A stretch of 64,000 nucleotides of DNA from Promethearchaeota archaeon (GTDB taxonomy: Archaea; Asgardarchaeota; Thorarchaeia; Thorarchaeales; Thorarchaeaceae). Positions 9,755 through 19,903 of the stretch are shown here, piece by piece. Under the pieces are notes generated by a model, which was not told where the DNA came from, did not search any database, and was given only the letters and a program-made list of their open reading frames with translations. The first letter of the stretch is position 1, and the number at the start of each line of letters is the position of its first letter. The translations under genes and the position numbers were made by a program. The stretch covers positions 46,073-110,072 of the forward strand of contig JBHLPF010000001.1 of the NCBI GenBank assembly GCA_048939765.1, given 5' to 3'.

Positions 9755-10318
9755 GTGTCATCAATTAGTCGAGTGTTTCTCAGTATTGACATCGATGATG
9801 AAGCGCTTCTCTCAAGAATTACTCACATTCAATCATTACTAGACAGACAATCAGTAAAAATGAAGTTGGTCGAAAGAGGGAATATCCACTTCACATTGAG
9901 ATTTCTTGGGGATACACCACATACGAAGATTGATAGAATCAGGGATGAACTGTCAGATATCCGATATGGATCCTTTGCGATCAGGATTGATGGGGTAGGC
10001 GCATTCCCAAGTACTAGCCGCCCTAGAGTCATATGGGTGGGGGTATCTGAAAATGAAGAAAGAGTAAAAGACCTGAAACTGAACATTGATGACCGGCTTG
10101 GGAATATAGGTTACTCACGTGACAGGAAATTCCATGCCCATGCAACAATTGCACGGGTCAGGGCTGTGCGTGATCGTGACCGAATAAGGGAAAACATAGA
10201 ACATCTGGTAGATGAGCCAGTAGGAACTATGACTGTCGATTGTTTCAGGATGACAAAAAGTACTCTGACCTCCTCAGGACCAATCTATGAAACTCTATGG
10301 GAAGTACGGGCTTCGTGA
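9755..10318 (+). CDS. thpR: RNA 2',3'-cyclic phosphodiesterase (2H phosphoesterase, LigT/ThpR)
   Basis: 187 aa. Two H-x-T/S-x motifs (HFTLRFLG and HAHATIARV) with the spacing typical of LigT. Confidence 0.8.
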   Translation: MSSISRVFLSIDIDDEALLSRITHIQSLLDRQSVKMKLVERGNIHFTLRFLGDTPHTKIDRIRDELSDIRYGSFAIRIDGVGAFPSTSRPRVIWVGVSENEERVKDLKLNIDDRLGNIGYSRDRKFHAHATIARVRAVRDRDRIRENIEHLVDEPVGTMTVDCFRMTKSTLTSSGPIYETLWEVRAS

Positions 10319-10321
10319 AAA

Positions 10322-10430
10322 TGGTGGGCCGGGGGCGACTTGAACGCCCGATCTCTTGCATTCTGTGACTTGAGGCCCTAGGTCCTTAGTCGCCCCAAGC
10401 AAGAATCATACCAAGCTAGACTACCGACCC
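10322..10430 (-). tRNA. tRNA-Pro (anticodon GGG) with a roughly 32-nt canonical intron; CCA is encoded
   Basis: Reverse complement reads GGGTCGG-TA-GTCTAGCTTGGTATGAT-T-CTTGC-TTGGGG[intron CGACTAAGGACCTAGGGCCTCAAGTCACAGAA]T-GCAAG-AGATC-GGGCG-TTCAAGT-CGCCC-CCGGCCC-A-CCA. The acceptor stem pairs 7/7 with one G-U. The anticodon stem CTTGC/GCAAG is perfect. The T-loop is GTTCAAGTC. Confidence 0.7.
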
Positions 10431-10575
10431 TTGCAGTCGTTGTCGTAAACCGATGTCAAGATAAACGTTATTGCAAAGTCTATTAGAACACGTGTTCTAA
10501 TAGACTCGAATACATTAGGTCTGAGGTCTACACTTATCTACGGGAATTACACCAGAGAGAGCCTGGGATGCGATA

Positions 10576-11631
10576 ATGGTCACAGACCTGCTCTATCATG
10601 AGGTGTTCACAAAGCATGTGATATCACCAGGTCACCCGGAAAGGCCTGAGAGATTGATTTCTGCCATGAAGCATATCAAGGAAACCGGTCTTCTCGAGGA
10701 GTCCAAAGTCAGGATTGTAGAGGCCATGCCAGCTGATCTGGAATTGGTCTATTCCATTCATGATAAGCAGTACATCGAATTGGTCAGGACTAAGTCCGAG
10801 AGGGGCGGTGGATACTTCACATTGGATACAGCTGTCAATGAATACACCTATGATGCTGCCATAATGGCTGCTGGTGCAGGAGCATTAGCTATGGACAGAA
10901 TCATGCAAGGTGAGTCTGACAATGCCTACGTATTGTGCCGCCCACCAGGACATCATGCAGAATATGATAGAGCCTTTGGATTCTGTTTCATCAACAATAT
11001 CGCGGTCGCAGCAAAACAGCTCCTTCAACAACATGGAATCCAGAGAGTGCTAATTGTTGATTATGATGCTCATCATGGAAATGGAACCCAGAATACGTTT
11101 TACGGTACTAGTCAGGTGCTTTACATAGGGCTCCATCAAGACGGACGAACACTCTTCCCCGGATCTGGATTTCCGGATGAAATCGGTTTGGGGGAAGGAA
11201 GAGGATACAACGTGAATCTTGCGATGTATCCAGGAGCTGGCGACAAGTCCTATGGCATTGCATTTACCGAAATTGTGGAGAAGATTTGTGAGTCATACAG
11301 ACCTGAGTTTGTGCTCGTTTCATGTGGGTTTGATGGGCACTTCAGTGACCCGTTGACCGTCTTAGGTCTGACCACCTCAGGGATGGCAATGATGAACTCA
11401 CGAATAAACTCAATGGCAAAGAAGATTTGTGGAGGGAAGGTCGCATTCTTCATCGAGGGGGGTTATGATCTCGAAATAGTAGGGAAATGCTCGCGCAATA
11501 TAATCGAGGAGCTAAGTGGCTCTGAAGTCACAGCATACACAGACGAACATTCTGAGAGCGAAAATTGCACGCAGTATACAATGGAACTTGTTGAAAGACT
11601 AAAAAAGAACTTGGGTGATACTCACTTCTAG
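10576..11631 (+). CDS. Histone deacetylase superfamily protein (AcuC/HDAC-like deacetylase)
   Basis: 351 aa. CRPPGHHA and DYDAHHGNGTQ zinc-site motifs diagnostic of the arginase/deacetylase fold. Confidence 0.85.
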   Translation: MVTDLLYHEVFTKHVISPGHPERPERLISAMKHIKETGLLEESKVRIVEAMPADLELVYSIHDKQYIELVRTKSERGGGYFTLDTAVNEYTYDAAIMAAGAGALAMDRIMQGESDNAYVLCRPPGHHAEYDRAFGFCFINNIAVAAKQLLQQHGIQRVLIVDYDAHHGNGTQNTFYGTSQVLYIGLHQDGRTLFPGSGFPDEIGLGEGRGYNVNLAMYPGAGDKSYGIAFTEIVEKICESYRPEFVLVSCGFDGHFSDPLTVLGLTTSGMAMMNSRINSMAKKICGGKVAFFIEGGYDLEIVGKCSRNIIEELSGSEVTAYTDEHSESENCTQYTMELVERLKKNLGDTHF

Positions 11632-13886
11632 TCGTTCTCAATCTCATAGTCTTCAATAAGAGTCTGAATTGAGAATGGGTCCTGGTCATCATCACCAGCC
11701 TCGATAAGAGAAGCTGTTTCGTCCTCTGTCATCGGCATATCGACTCCGAGCTGTCGCTTTATTGATTTGGCCAATGAAGTGCCAATGGTCGGTACACGGG
11801 AGATTTTCTCAAAGGGTGCATTATACAAATCTGACTGATTTTTCAAGCCATTTGCATATAGCATCCTTCCTCTTATGCGACCTATTCCTCTGAGCCTGAC
11901 AATATCCAGCAGTTCTCTGTGCACCCCATATTTCAGTCGTGATCGAAGATTATAGAAAAATGGAACATGTTGTGAGGCATTGACTATCTTAGCAATCTCT
12001 GATGCTGAGTAGGCCAACCATTCTGCTGTCTGGACGTACCTGTAGACATCACCCATACCTACATTGAATCCTTCAGTGATTTCACGCTCCGAACTCTCAG
12101 AGATCCATTCTTCCAGCAGTCGTGCGGTCTTCACTTCTGCAAGAAACTCTCCGTAGTCATCAAAATCATCTATTGGAGGTTCAATCATGAAATCATCCTT
12201 GTTTCTTTCAACAAAGTAATCGTACTCATCGAAGTCCGATTTCGTAAGAAATGTGGTCTGCTGGTCTGGAGTATGGCATATGAGATGTAGTGCACCTATA
12301 GGTGAAACCTCTTCGGCTGCAGTCAGTGCATCACGGAGTAATATGGCGGTGTAGGGATCGATGTATAGTCTGGACGCCCTCTTGCCCAATGGGGTTGCAG
12401 AGTACAATCCAGATTCGGTGTCAATCAATTGACCCTCTTCAAGGAATATCAGAGCGGACGAAACATGATGCTGAATCTCTAACGGATCAAACTGGCAAGA
12501 AAAGAATGTTCCCTCAATCAATGAGTCAACCTCCTCTCTATTTCGTGTCATCTCTGTAGCAATGGTAGAAAGTAGGTGGGAACGGAGAGCGGAAGGAGAT
12601 GCAAGCTTGGATGTGATTCTCTCTGGTTCTGCCAATACATACTCGTCCGTTAGTGCATCACGTTCTTGCTCGGATTTGGCAATGAGTATTGCCTCTCCAT
12701 ACCTGTCGTATTTTGGACGGCCAGCTCTTCCAGCCATCTGTTTATACTCAAGGACTGGAATAGTATAACTTCCCCGCCCTTGTTCAAAGCGGCGATAATC
12801 GCGGATGACGACTCGCCTAGCTGGAAGATTCACACCAGCGGCCAAAGTAGGAGTTGCTATTACAGCCTTTAGCAGATCTGCCTTGAAAAAGTCTTCAACC
12901 AGTGTACGTTCATTGTTATCGAGTCCAGCGTGGTGAAATGCCACTCCTGAAACGATGACTCTTCCCAGGATTCTTGTTGCTTCTGGAGCTGAGGGTCTTG
13001 CAGACAGCTTCTTAGCTGCCTTCGCTAGATGCTTATGTGCATCTGTATTGAGATAGGGGCGTACAGATGATGCAAGTCTCTTGGCTACTGCAACAGTTGA
13101 CCTTCTACTTGATACAAACACGAGAGCCTGACCCTTCTCATCCAAGATGTCGCAGACCACGTCACTGATTATCTCCGACCGCTTTCTGGGGATAGACTTT
13201 GTTTCACCTTCAAGAATGAATGCAATCTTATTGTCAAAATAGACACCTTCTTTCAATGGCACCGGTCTCCACGAACTTGTGACGAGATCTGCACTCAGCC
13301 ACTCTGCGATTCTCTCAGAATTTGAGATGGTGGCACTCAATGCCAAAATCTGCACATCTGCAAGACTCTGCATCATTTTGGCAATGACCATTTCCAGTGT
13401 AGGACCCCGTTTTGGGTCATTTACTAAATGAACCTCATCTACCACCATGATTCCTACTTCTTCAAGCCACTGTGTTCTATGACGTACCAATGAGTCAGCT
13501 CTCTCTGTTGTCAATACAACTATGTCTGCCTCTCTGAGACGGGTGCCCGGAGAGTCATAGTCCCCTATCGACATTGCGACTGTGATTCCTAGTGATTCGT
13601 ATTTCTTGAATTCTGAGTACTTCTCTCTTGCAAGGGACCGCAGTGGAACGAGATACAATGCTTTGCCGCGTCCATCTAGAATGGACTTCAGCATGGATAT
13701 CTCTGCCACTAGCGTCTTGCCAGAACTTGTAGGAACTGCCAGAACGAGATTGTTGCCATCTAGTACTCCCGTTTCAAAGGCAGATATCTGAGGGGGAAAG
13801 AGTGTGAGTATTCCAGTATCCTGAAGCAATTTGATGACCTTCTTATTGATAGATAGGTTCTCAAGTTGCGTTGTGGTCATCTCCAT
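11628..13886 (-). CDS. hel308: Ski2-like DNA helicase Hel308/Hjm
   Basis: 752 aa. Motif I AVPTSSGKTLVAE and motif II VVDEVHLV. The length and domain order match archaeal Hel308. The gene is adjacent to mcm. Confidence 0.85.
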   Translation of the reverse strand: MEMTTTQLENLSINKKVIKLLQDTGILTLFPPQISAFETGVLDGNNLVLAVPTSSGKTLVAEISMLKSILDGRGKALYLVPLRSLAREKYSEFKKYESLGITVAMSIGDYDSPGTRLREADIVVLTTERADSLVRHRTQWLEEVGIMVVDEVHLVNDPKRGPTLEMVIAKMMQSLADVQILALSATISNSERIAEWLSADLVTSSWRPVPLKEGVYFDNKIAFILEGETKSIPRKRSEIISDVVCDILDEKGQALVFVSSRRSTVAVAKRLASSVRPYLNTDAHKHLAKAAKKLSARPSAPEATRILGRVIVSGVAFHHAGLDNNERTLVEDFFKADLLKAVIATPTLAAGVNLPARRVVIRDYRRFEQGRGSYTIPVLEYKQMAGRAGRPKYDRYGEAILIAKSEQERDALTDEYVLAEPERITSKLASPSALRSHLLSTIATEMTRNREEVDSLIEGTFFSCQFDPLEIQHHVSSALIFLEEGQLIDTESGLYSATPLGKRASRLYIDPYTAILLRDALTAAEEVSPIGALHLICHTPDQQTTFLTKSDFDEYDYFVERNKDDFMIEPPIDDFDDYGEFLAEVKTARLLEEWISESSEREITEGFNVGMGDVYRYVQTAEWLAYSASEIAKIVNASQHVPFFYNLRSRLKYGVHRELLDIVRLRGIGRIRGRMLYANGLKNQSDLYNAPFEKISRVPTIGTSLAKSIKRQLGVDMPMTEDETASLIEAGDDDQDPFSIQTLIEDYEIEND

Positions 13887-13904
13887 TGCAAACGCGGACC
13901 CACC

Positions 13905-15989
13905 CTAGGTCCCAGAGGATCTAGAAAGTCGTATAGTACCTTCTCCTTTAGGCCTGTATACATCACCAGCTTGTTCGAGCCGTTTTATGACATCTTCGGC
14001 CTTGTCTCGAGGTATACCCTTTATCTCTAATCTCTGTAACAGCTCGACTTCGCTACTTACACCCTCATCCATCATAACTCTGAGTGTGTCTATAATCGCA
14101 ATTCTGATATTTCTCCTACCTGAAGGCTCCTCTGCATATATACGGTCTGCATCAAATTCTCCAGTATCAATGTCGTAGAACACCTTTTCCATTGATGCTT
14201 TCATAAGGTCGACAGCCGCTAACCCGTCCTCTCTGCTGACCTCACGCTTCAGTGCCATTCTTGCTCGAGCTTCTGCAAGACGTACTAGGGACTCCAGCTG
14301 TCGGGCTGTAATCGGTATGGGGGCATCTTCTTCTTGGGCCTTTTTTCGGAGACCTACATAGAAGTCCTGTATTGCTTCTGCGGCCGCGGGGGTCAGTTTA
14401 GGCTCAAACTCACGATGCGCAAATGCAATATACTTCTTCAAGAGCTTCTTCGGGATCGGAGCTTTCTCATCTTTTACCTTCCTCGATTTCCCCTGGTGCA
14501 AGTCTAGAATGAATCCTGCTAGGTCTTTATCGCGCTCCTCTTCTGGAGTGTCAATCATGACCCAGATTAAATCAAATCTGGACAAGATTGTAAAGGGTAG
14601 TTTGATGTTTTCTTGTGGAGTCCATGATATGTTGTATCGGCCAAGGGAAGGATTCGCCGCAGCTAGAATTGAGGTGCGTGCATTCAGTGTCGCAACTATG
14701 CCGGCCTTTGCTATGCTCACAGTATGTTGTTCCATTGCTTCGTGTATTGCTGTTCGATCATTCGGATCCATTTTGTCAAACTCATCTATGCATGCAATTC
14801 CCTTGTCTGCCAGAACCAATGCTCCAGCTTCAAGTGTCATAGCTCCACTGTCAGTGTCATGAACAACAGCTGCTGTCAGACCTGCAGCAGTGGTACCCTT
14901 TCCTGATGTGTATAGGGCTCTGGAGCCAAGATCTGCCACATATTTCAAGATCTGACTTTTTCCTGTCCCAGGATCACCGACCAGTAGAATGTTGGACCGT
15001 CCCCTTAGCCGAATTCCTTCTTCTTCGAATGTCTTTTCAACTCCACCGAATAGAAGAAGCGAGATTGATTCCTTTATGTCGTCATGCCCTTGGATTGCAG
15101 GTGCAATTGATCTGTAAATCTTCTCATGAACATATGGATTCTCAGACAGTTTGAGTATCTCTTCCCTATCTTCGGGAGAAATATCAAGCTCATATTCCTT
15201 CTCTGCAACTTCTACCCCACTGGCATCGATAAACACTCTAAAGGTGGCTAGCTTTCCACCCCTCCTCGAGAAGTCAGGTGCTGTCTGTAGCATTCCTGTC
15301 ACATTGACCATGTCACCAGGTCTCGAGATGTCTACGATGTCACCCTTGAGGACTGCATCGACGGACCGCGGCATTTGTCCTGGAGGAAGCTCCTCAGGTG
15401 ATTCCTGTATTCGAACCTTCTGCCAGTCTATGAACCGTGATTTTCCTTTCGCAAGTAACAATTTCATAGGGGTCTTTTTCCCACAGGTATTGCAAAACGG
15501 GGGTTCAGTGTAGCGACCTTCCTCTTGTTCTTGAGGAGTTTCGTCACCACAGATTCTGCATTTGAATGTGGCACTGACCAATAATGGCTTGACTTCACTT
15601 GCACGCATCATGATGCCCTTGATACGGATTAGCTTCCCGATGTGACGTGCCCGTATGTATCTAAGAGGAACAGTATCGGTATAGTTGATAATACGGACCT
15701 GTAATGCGTCATGTCCAATCGCCTCAACATACTTGGGATCTTCGATTTTGAGGATAGTAACCAGTGCATTGTGGGCATTCTTAAGAAATGACTCAGGATC
15801 TTCTGTAGCGTCTGCCGTGAATTCATTATCAAAGCTGATAAGATCTTCAAAGTCTATGACTAATGAAGTTTCACCGTCAACAGACATCTCTTGTACTCTA
15901 GACCAATAGATTGGTTTGCCATTTTCGTCTTTGAAGGTACGAATGAACTCCTCGAACCTTCTTTCTTCAGTTTCCATTTCTGTTGTCAT
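13905..15989 (-). CDS. mcm: Minichromosome maintenance helicase MCM
   Basis: 694 aa. C4 zinc finger (CRICGDE...CNTCGKK), Walker A GDPGTGKSQIL, Walker B DEFDKM and arginine-finger region. No intein is evident. Confidence 0.95.
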   Translation of the reverse strand: MTTEMETEERRFEEFIRTFKDENGKPIYWSRVQEMSVDGETSLVIDFEDLISFDNEFTADATEDPESFLKNAHNALVTILKIEDPKYVEAIGHDALQVRIINYTDTVPLRYIRARHIGKLIRIKGIMMRASEVKPLLVSATFKCRICGDETPQEQEEGRYTEPPFCNTCGKKTPMKLLLAKGKSRFIDWQKVRIQESPEELPPGQMPRSVDAVLKGDIVDISRPGDMVNVTGMLQTAPDFSRRGGKLATFRVFIDASGVEVAEKEYELDISPEDREEILKLSENPYVHEKIYRSIAPAIQGHDDIKESISLLLFGGVEKTFEEEGIRLRGRSNILLVGDPGTGKSQILKYVADLGSRALYTSGKGTTAAGLTAAVVHDTDSGAMTLEAGALVLADKGIACIDEFDKMDPNDRTAIHEAMEQHTVSIAKAGIVATLNARTSILAAANPSLGRYNISWTPQENIKLPFTILSRFDLIWVMIDTPEEERDKDLAGFILDLHQGKSRKVKDEKAPIPKKLLKKYIAFAHREFEPKLTPAAAEAIQDFYVGLRKKAQEEDAPIPITARQLESLVRLAEARARMALKREVSREDGLAAVDLMKASMEKVFYDIDTGEFDADRIYAEEPSGRRNIRIAIIDTLRVMMDEGVSSEVELLQRLEIKGIPRDKAEDVIKRLEQAGDVYRPKGEGTIRLSRSSGT

Positions 15990-16127
15990 GATTAGTCAGA
16001 ACACTCCAGATGTAATCCTAATGATCTCACATGACTCTAACACTTTGTCTGTAGGGGTCAGATATTAAAACCCGTTCTCGTTAGTTGTGAGTTTGCTTTT
16101 TAACTCTGTCAGAGCTTTCGGAATTCT

Positions 16128-16730
16128 TCAGACAATGGTCTTCTCTCTCACCATTTCGCGCCAAGCAGAAAGCAGAGAGTAGAGTTCATCTGCAAGCCAC
16201 CTCTCCTCTCGCGACATCCTCTTACGGTTATCCTGACTCACACCAGACTCTGGTTTTGCAGCACGTATTATTTTGGACAAACGTGTTTCAGTTAGAATTC
16301 TGAGCATTGTGCCCATCTTCTTAATATCGGCATAACGACGCGGTTCCATTGAAGTCTTGTCGCTTTGTAGCTGGCTCATCTTTCGGATGAGAGCAGAATA
16401 AAGCAGTTTGGGCCGTTCATTCTTTTTATCATACAGACTATGCAAGTTGGGTAGCTTTCTCTCTTCATTATACAGATTTTGAAATTTCCGAAAGGAATCA
16501 TAATCATCATCGGTATGCATATCAACAAAATCGTGTGCAATGAGCTTCTCGATTGCCCAATTGGAAAGTTCCGTTGTATCTTCGGCTTTGAAAGGACCTA
16601 GTTTCTCTCCTCCAATCGTAATCTCTGGTACATCCTCACGAAAGATACACATACGGGTTTCGTTTAGAAACTGCATTGCAAATCGGTCTCTTACAATTTC
16701 GGAGTCGTGTTGAGAACTCATTGTACACAC
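16128..16730 (-). CDS. Probable GINS subunit (Gins51/Gins15-like)
   Basis: 200 aa. The position directly between mcm and rfc is the usual location of archaeal gins genes. The size fits. No decisive motif is visible. Confidence 0.35.
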   Translation of the reverse strand: MCTMSSQHDSEIVRDRFAMQFLNETRMCIFREDVPEITIGGEKLGPFKAEDTTELSNWAIEKLIAHDFVDMHTDDDYDSFRKFQNLYNEERKLPNLHSLYDKKNERPKLLYSALIRKMSQLQSDKTSMEPRRYADIKKMGTMLRILTETRLSKIIRAAKPESGVSQDNRKRMSREERWLADELYSLLSAWREMVREKTIV

Positions 16731-16917
16731 AATTATCGATTGATTGGCGTACCATAAGAACTTGTTCTAGAGTGCGAATTGCGGTGCTGCTTTTAGTCTA
16801 ACATGAGTATTATCTAATTGGAGTTGAGCTTCTATTTCCAATTGGCTGATGCTTCCGGAGAAGCTTTTAAGAACAACAGAAGATTGTCACCGCAGCCTAT
16901 GACTGGATGGGAACCAT

Positions 16918-17874
16918 ATGGATTTAGACCTCTGGACAGAAAAATACCGTCCCCCCACACTCGGGGGAATTATTGGACAGGAATCGATTATTGAGAGTCT
17001 AACCAAATTCGTGGAAAACAGGAATGTACCACATTGTCTGTTCAGCGGACCTCCAGGTACAAGCAAGACCACCGCTGCAATGGCGATGGCAAGAGATCTC
17101 TTTGACGACACTTTTGATCGTAACTTCATGGAACTAAATGCAAGTGATGAGAGAGGCATTGATGTCGTCAGGAATCAGATAAAGAACTTCGCCCGGACCA
17201 TGCCGGCGGGAGATGCTCCCTTCAAGATTCTGGTCCTAGATGAGGCGGACCATCTCACTGCTGATGCTCAACATGCATTAAGACGGACGATGGAATCGTA
17301 TGCAGGCTCATGCAGAATGATATTGATATGTAACTATTCGAGCAGAATAATTCCACCAATTCAATCTAGATGTGCGATGTTCAGATTTGCCCGATTAAGT
17401 GATGACTCGATGGCTGAGAGAATCAAGTTCATTGCTAAAAAGGAGAAAGTTTCTGTCAATGTAAGTGGGACCAAAGCAATACTCTATCTCGCAGAGGGAG
17501 ACATGCGGGCTGCTATCAACCTTCTTCAGGCATCTGCATCTGCAGGAGAAAAAGTGGATGATACAATAGTCTACTCGATAGCTGGAAGAGCAAACCCCAA
17601 AGCGATTAAGGAGATGCTAGACTCCGCTAATGTGAACTATGAGGACTCTCTGGAGAAACTTAGAGTACTCATCTATCAGCAAGGAGTGTCGCCAGTAGAT
17701 TTGGCAAGGCAACTGCATAGAGAAGTGCTAAAGATGGATATGGCTGAGAATCAAAAGATGTTGATTCTTGAGAGGGCTGCAGAAGTTGAATTTCGAATAG
17801 GAGAAGGAGCAAGTGGAGAGGTCCAACTGAGTGCACTATTGGCGCATATAGGATTGGAACGGGGTAAATCATGA
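16918..17874 (+). CDS. rfcS: Replication factor C small subunit
   Basis: 318 aa. RFC box II-III, Walker A GPPGTSKTT, DEAD-type Walker B (LVLDEADHLT) and SRC motif (SRCAMFRF). Confidence 0.95.
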   Translation: MDLDLWTEKYRPPTLGGIIGQESIIESLTKFVENRNVPHCLFSGPPGTSKTTAAMAMARDLFDDTFDRNFMELNASDERGIDVVRNQIKNFARTMPAGDAPFKILVLDEADHLTADAQHALRRTMESYAGSCRMILICNYSSRIIPPIQSRCAMFRFARLSDDSMAERIKFIAKKEKVSVNVSGTKAILYLAEGDMRAAINLLQASASAGEKVDDTIVYSIAGRANPKAIKEMLDSANVNYEDSLEKLRVLIYQQGVSPVDLARQLHREVLKMDMAENQKMLILERAAEVEFRIGEGASGEVQLSALLAHIGLERGKS

Positions 17875-19088
17875 AGAGCAAAAACCTGCCTTGGCCAGAA
17901 CTCCACCGTCCCACGAGTCTTAAGCAGATGGCTGGTAATATCGATGCAATAGGAGAACTGAGAAGGTGGATTCAGTCTTGGATTGATGGGACCCCAGGCA
18001 AGAGAGCTGCATTGTTGATTGGCCCTCCTGGTGTGGGAAAGACAGCTTCTGTTGGCGCACTATCTCATGACTACGACCTAGAACTGGTAGAGTTCAATTC
18101 GAGCGATAAACGAAACAAGGGAAGTATAGAGAACCAGGTGTGGAAAGCGGCGACGCAACAGACACTGGATGGTAGACTTCGTCTTCTCCTCTTAGACGAG
18201 GTAGATGGACTCTCCGGGACAAGCGACCGAGGAGGGGTGGGTGCAATTCTGAAAATCGTCGAAGACACAGTACATCCCATTATAATGACTGCAAATGATC
18301 CAAACAGCCCACGCCTGAAGGATTTGTTTAAGGTCTGCAAGGTGTTCATGTTCGACTCACTTGAAGCAAGTGACATGGTAGCTGTCATCAGAAAGATTGC
18401 AGCGGCACATGATTCTGTGTTCTCTGATGATGTGCTAGAAGGAATTGTTGATAGGGCTGGAGGCGACCTTCGAGCTGCAATAGCAGATCTTGAAACACTC
18501 TCTGTAAGCGGACGCACATCTGATATGGGACTGCCATCACGCGATGTGCGTCGTGAAGTCAGGGAAACCTTTGGACGACTGTTTATGACTACAGACCCAG
18601 AAACAGCCAAACGGGTCGTTTCAGAATTGGACATGGATTACAATCAACTGCTTCTATGGCTTGAAGAGAATGTACATCTTCATCTTACAGCTCCGGAAGA
18701 ACTGGACCAGGGTTTTGAATTTCTCTCGCTTGCTGATTTATCAATTGGACGAATTTGGAGGCGGCAAAACTGGAAATTGCTGGCCTATGTGTATGACTTT
18801 CTAGCAATTGGAATTTCCATGAGCAGAAAGGTGACACCATATAGGAAAGTTGAGTATTCTCAGCCAGCTTGGCCAATGTTGATTTTCCGGGGGAATAGAA
18901 AATACGACAAGGAAGCAGACCTTTTCCGAAAACTCTCTGAAATCGCCTCAATTTCCACAAGGAGAACGGCACCAGCTTATAGGAATGCAATAATGGAGAT
19001 AGTCAGAAGAAATCCTCGATTGAAAGGAGTCTTCTCGGAGTGGCTAGAAGTCAAGAAGAGCTTCTTTGATGACAGAAGGCATTGCTGA
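17871..19088 (+). CDS. rfcL: Replication factor C large subunit
   Basis: 405 aa. Walker A GPPGVGKTA and Walker B LLLDEVDGL. Overlaps the rfcS stop by 4 nt. Confidence 0.9.
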   Translation: MKSKNLPWPELHRPTSLKQMAGNIDAIGELRRWIQSWIDGTPGKRAALLIGPPGVGKTASVGALSHDYDLELVEFNSSDKRNKGSIENQVWKAATQQTLDGRLRLLLLDEVDGLSGTSDRGGVGAILKIVEDTVHPIIMTANDPNSPRLKDLFKVCKVFMFDSLEASDMVAVIRKIAAAHDSVFSDDVLEGIVDRAGGDLRAAIADLETLSVSGRTSDMGLPSRDVRREVRETFGRLFMTTDPETAKRVVSELDMDYNQLLLWLEENVHLHLTAPEELDQGFEFLSLADLSIGRIWRRQNWKLLAYVYDFLAIGISMSRKVTPYRKVEYSQPAWPMLIFRGNRKYDKEADLFRKLSEIASISTRRTAPAYRNAIMEIVRRNPRLKGVFSEWLEVKKSFFDDRRHC

Positions 19089-19887
19089 GTGCACTTAGTG
19101 TACGTCTGGATCTCTTGAGATAATTCAAATGAACTCTCAACTGCTTTCGGACTCTTGAAATTGCATGCTTACTTGTGGTCATGCGAATTGGTATTGCTGT
19201 TTCCATGAGAACCAGGCATTCTGATGGAGCAGGCTCAATACCTCCTGGAATTGAGCTATGACCATTGAGATAATCTGAGAATGTCTGAATGTCCATGGCG
19301 CCAGTTCCAATCTGTTCAAGCAGCGATACTGTCTTTCTGATTAGCTTCCAAAGGAAGTTAGTGCCAAAGATGTCTAGAATAATGCCGTCATCCGACTTCA
19401 GAAGGCTTGCATTGATAATCGTGGCCCTAGTTGGTCTATCACCATTTGGTTTCGAAAGATGAGAAAAGTCGCGGGTTCCAGATAATAGCTGTATAGCAGT
19501 TCTCATCGTTTGTAGTTTCACATCGGGTGGATTCGTATCGAAATAGTATCTATAATGTTTCATAAGCACGTCATATCGAGGATTGAAATTGGGTGGAGCT
19601 ATGGCATAGGCCCATAATGCAATATCAGGTGGAAGGTATCTGTTTACTCTGTCTATGTCAAGCTTCTTTTCCCCGCTTATCATTACGATTTGACCTATAC
19701 TATGCACTCCTCGATCAGTACGGCCTGAGAATTGTACCGTCTGAGTAGTGTAGCTGGTTTCGCTCTTGGAGTCCCAATGATTCAACGCACTGATGAGTTC
19801 ACCCTGTATAGTTTTGAGATTCGGCTGAAATTGGGACCCATGATAGGCATCCCCAAGATAGAAGAGACGTGCGATATAGGAGTGCAA
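19051..19887 (-). CDS. truA: tRNA pseudouridine(38-40) synthase TruA/Pus1-like
   Basis: 278 aa. Catalytic RTDRGVHS motif (TruA family RTD.GVH) and conserved Tyr-rich N-terminus. Confidence 0.8.
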   Translation of the reverse strand: MHSYIARLFYLGDAYHGSQFQPNLKTIQGELISALNHWDSKSETSYTTQTVQFSGRTDRGVHSIGQIVMISGEKKLDIDRVNRYLPPDIALWAYAIAPPNFNPRYDVLMKHYRYYFDTNPPDVKLQTMRTAIQLLSGTRDFSHLSKPNGDRPTRATIINASLLKSDDGIILDIFGTNFLWKLIRKTVSLLEQIGTGAMDIQTFSDYLNGHSSIPGGIEPAPSECLVLMETAIPIRMTTSKHAISRVRKQLRVHLNYLKRSRRTLSALSNAFCHQRSSS

Positions 19888-19903
19888 TTAGCAGACCTCT
19901 TAG

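Noticed and set aside
12302-12872. Three plus-strand ORFs (85, 68 and 68 aa) inside hel308
   Set aside because: They are antisense to a motif-rich helicase gene. Their composition is typical of shadow frames.
14509-15513. Several plus-strand ORFs (60-120 aa) inside mcm
   Set aside because: They are antisense to MCM, which has unambiguous Walker and zinc-finger motifs. Several are Cys/Ser-rich, typical of the reverse frame of this region.
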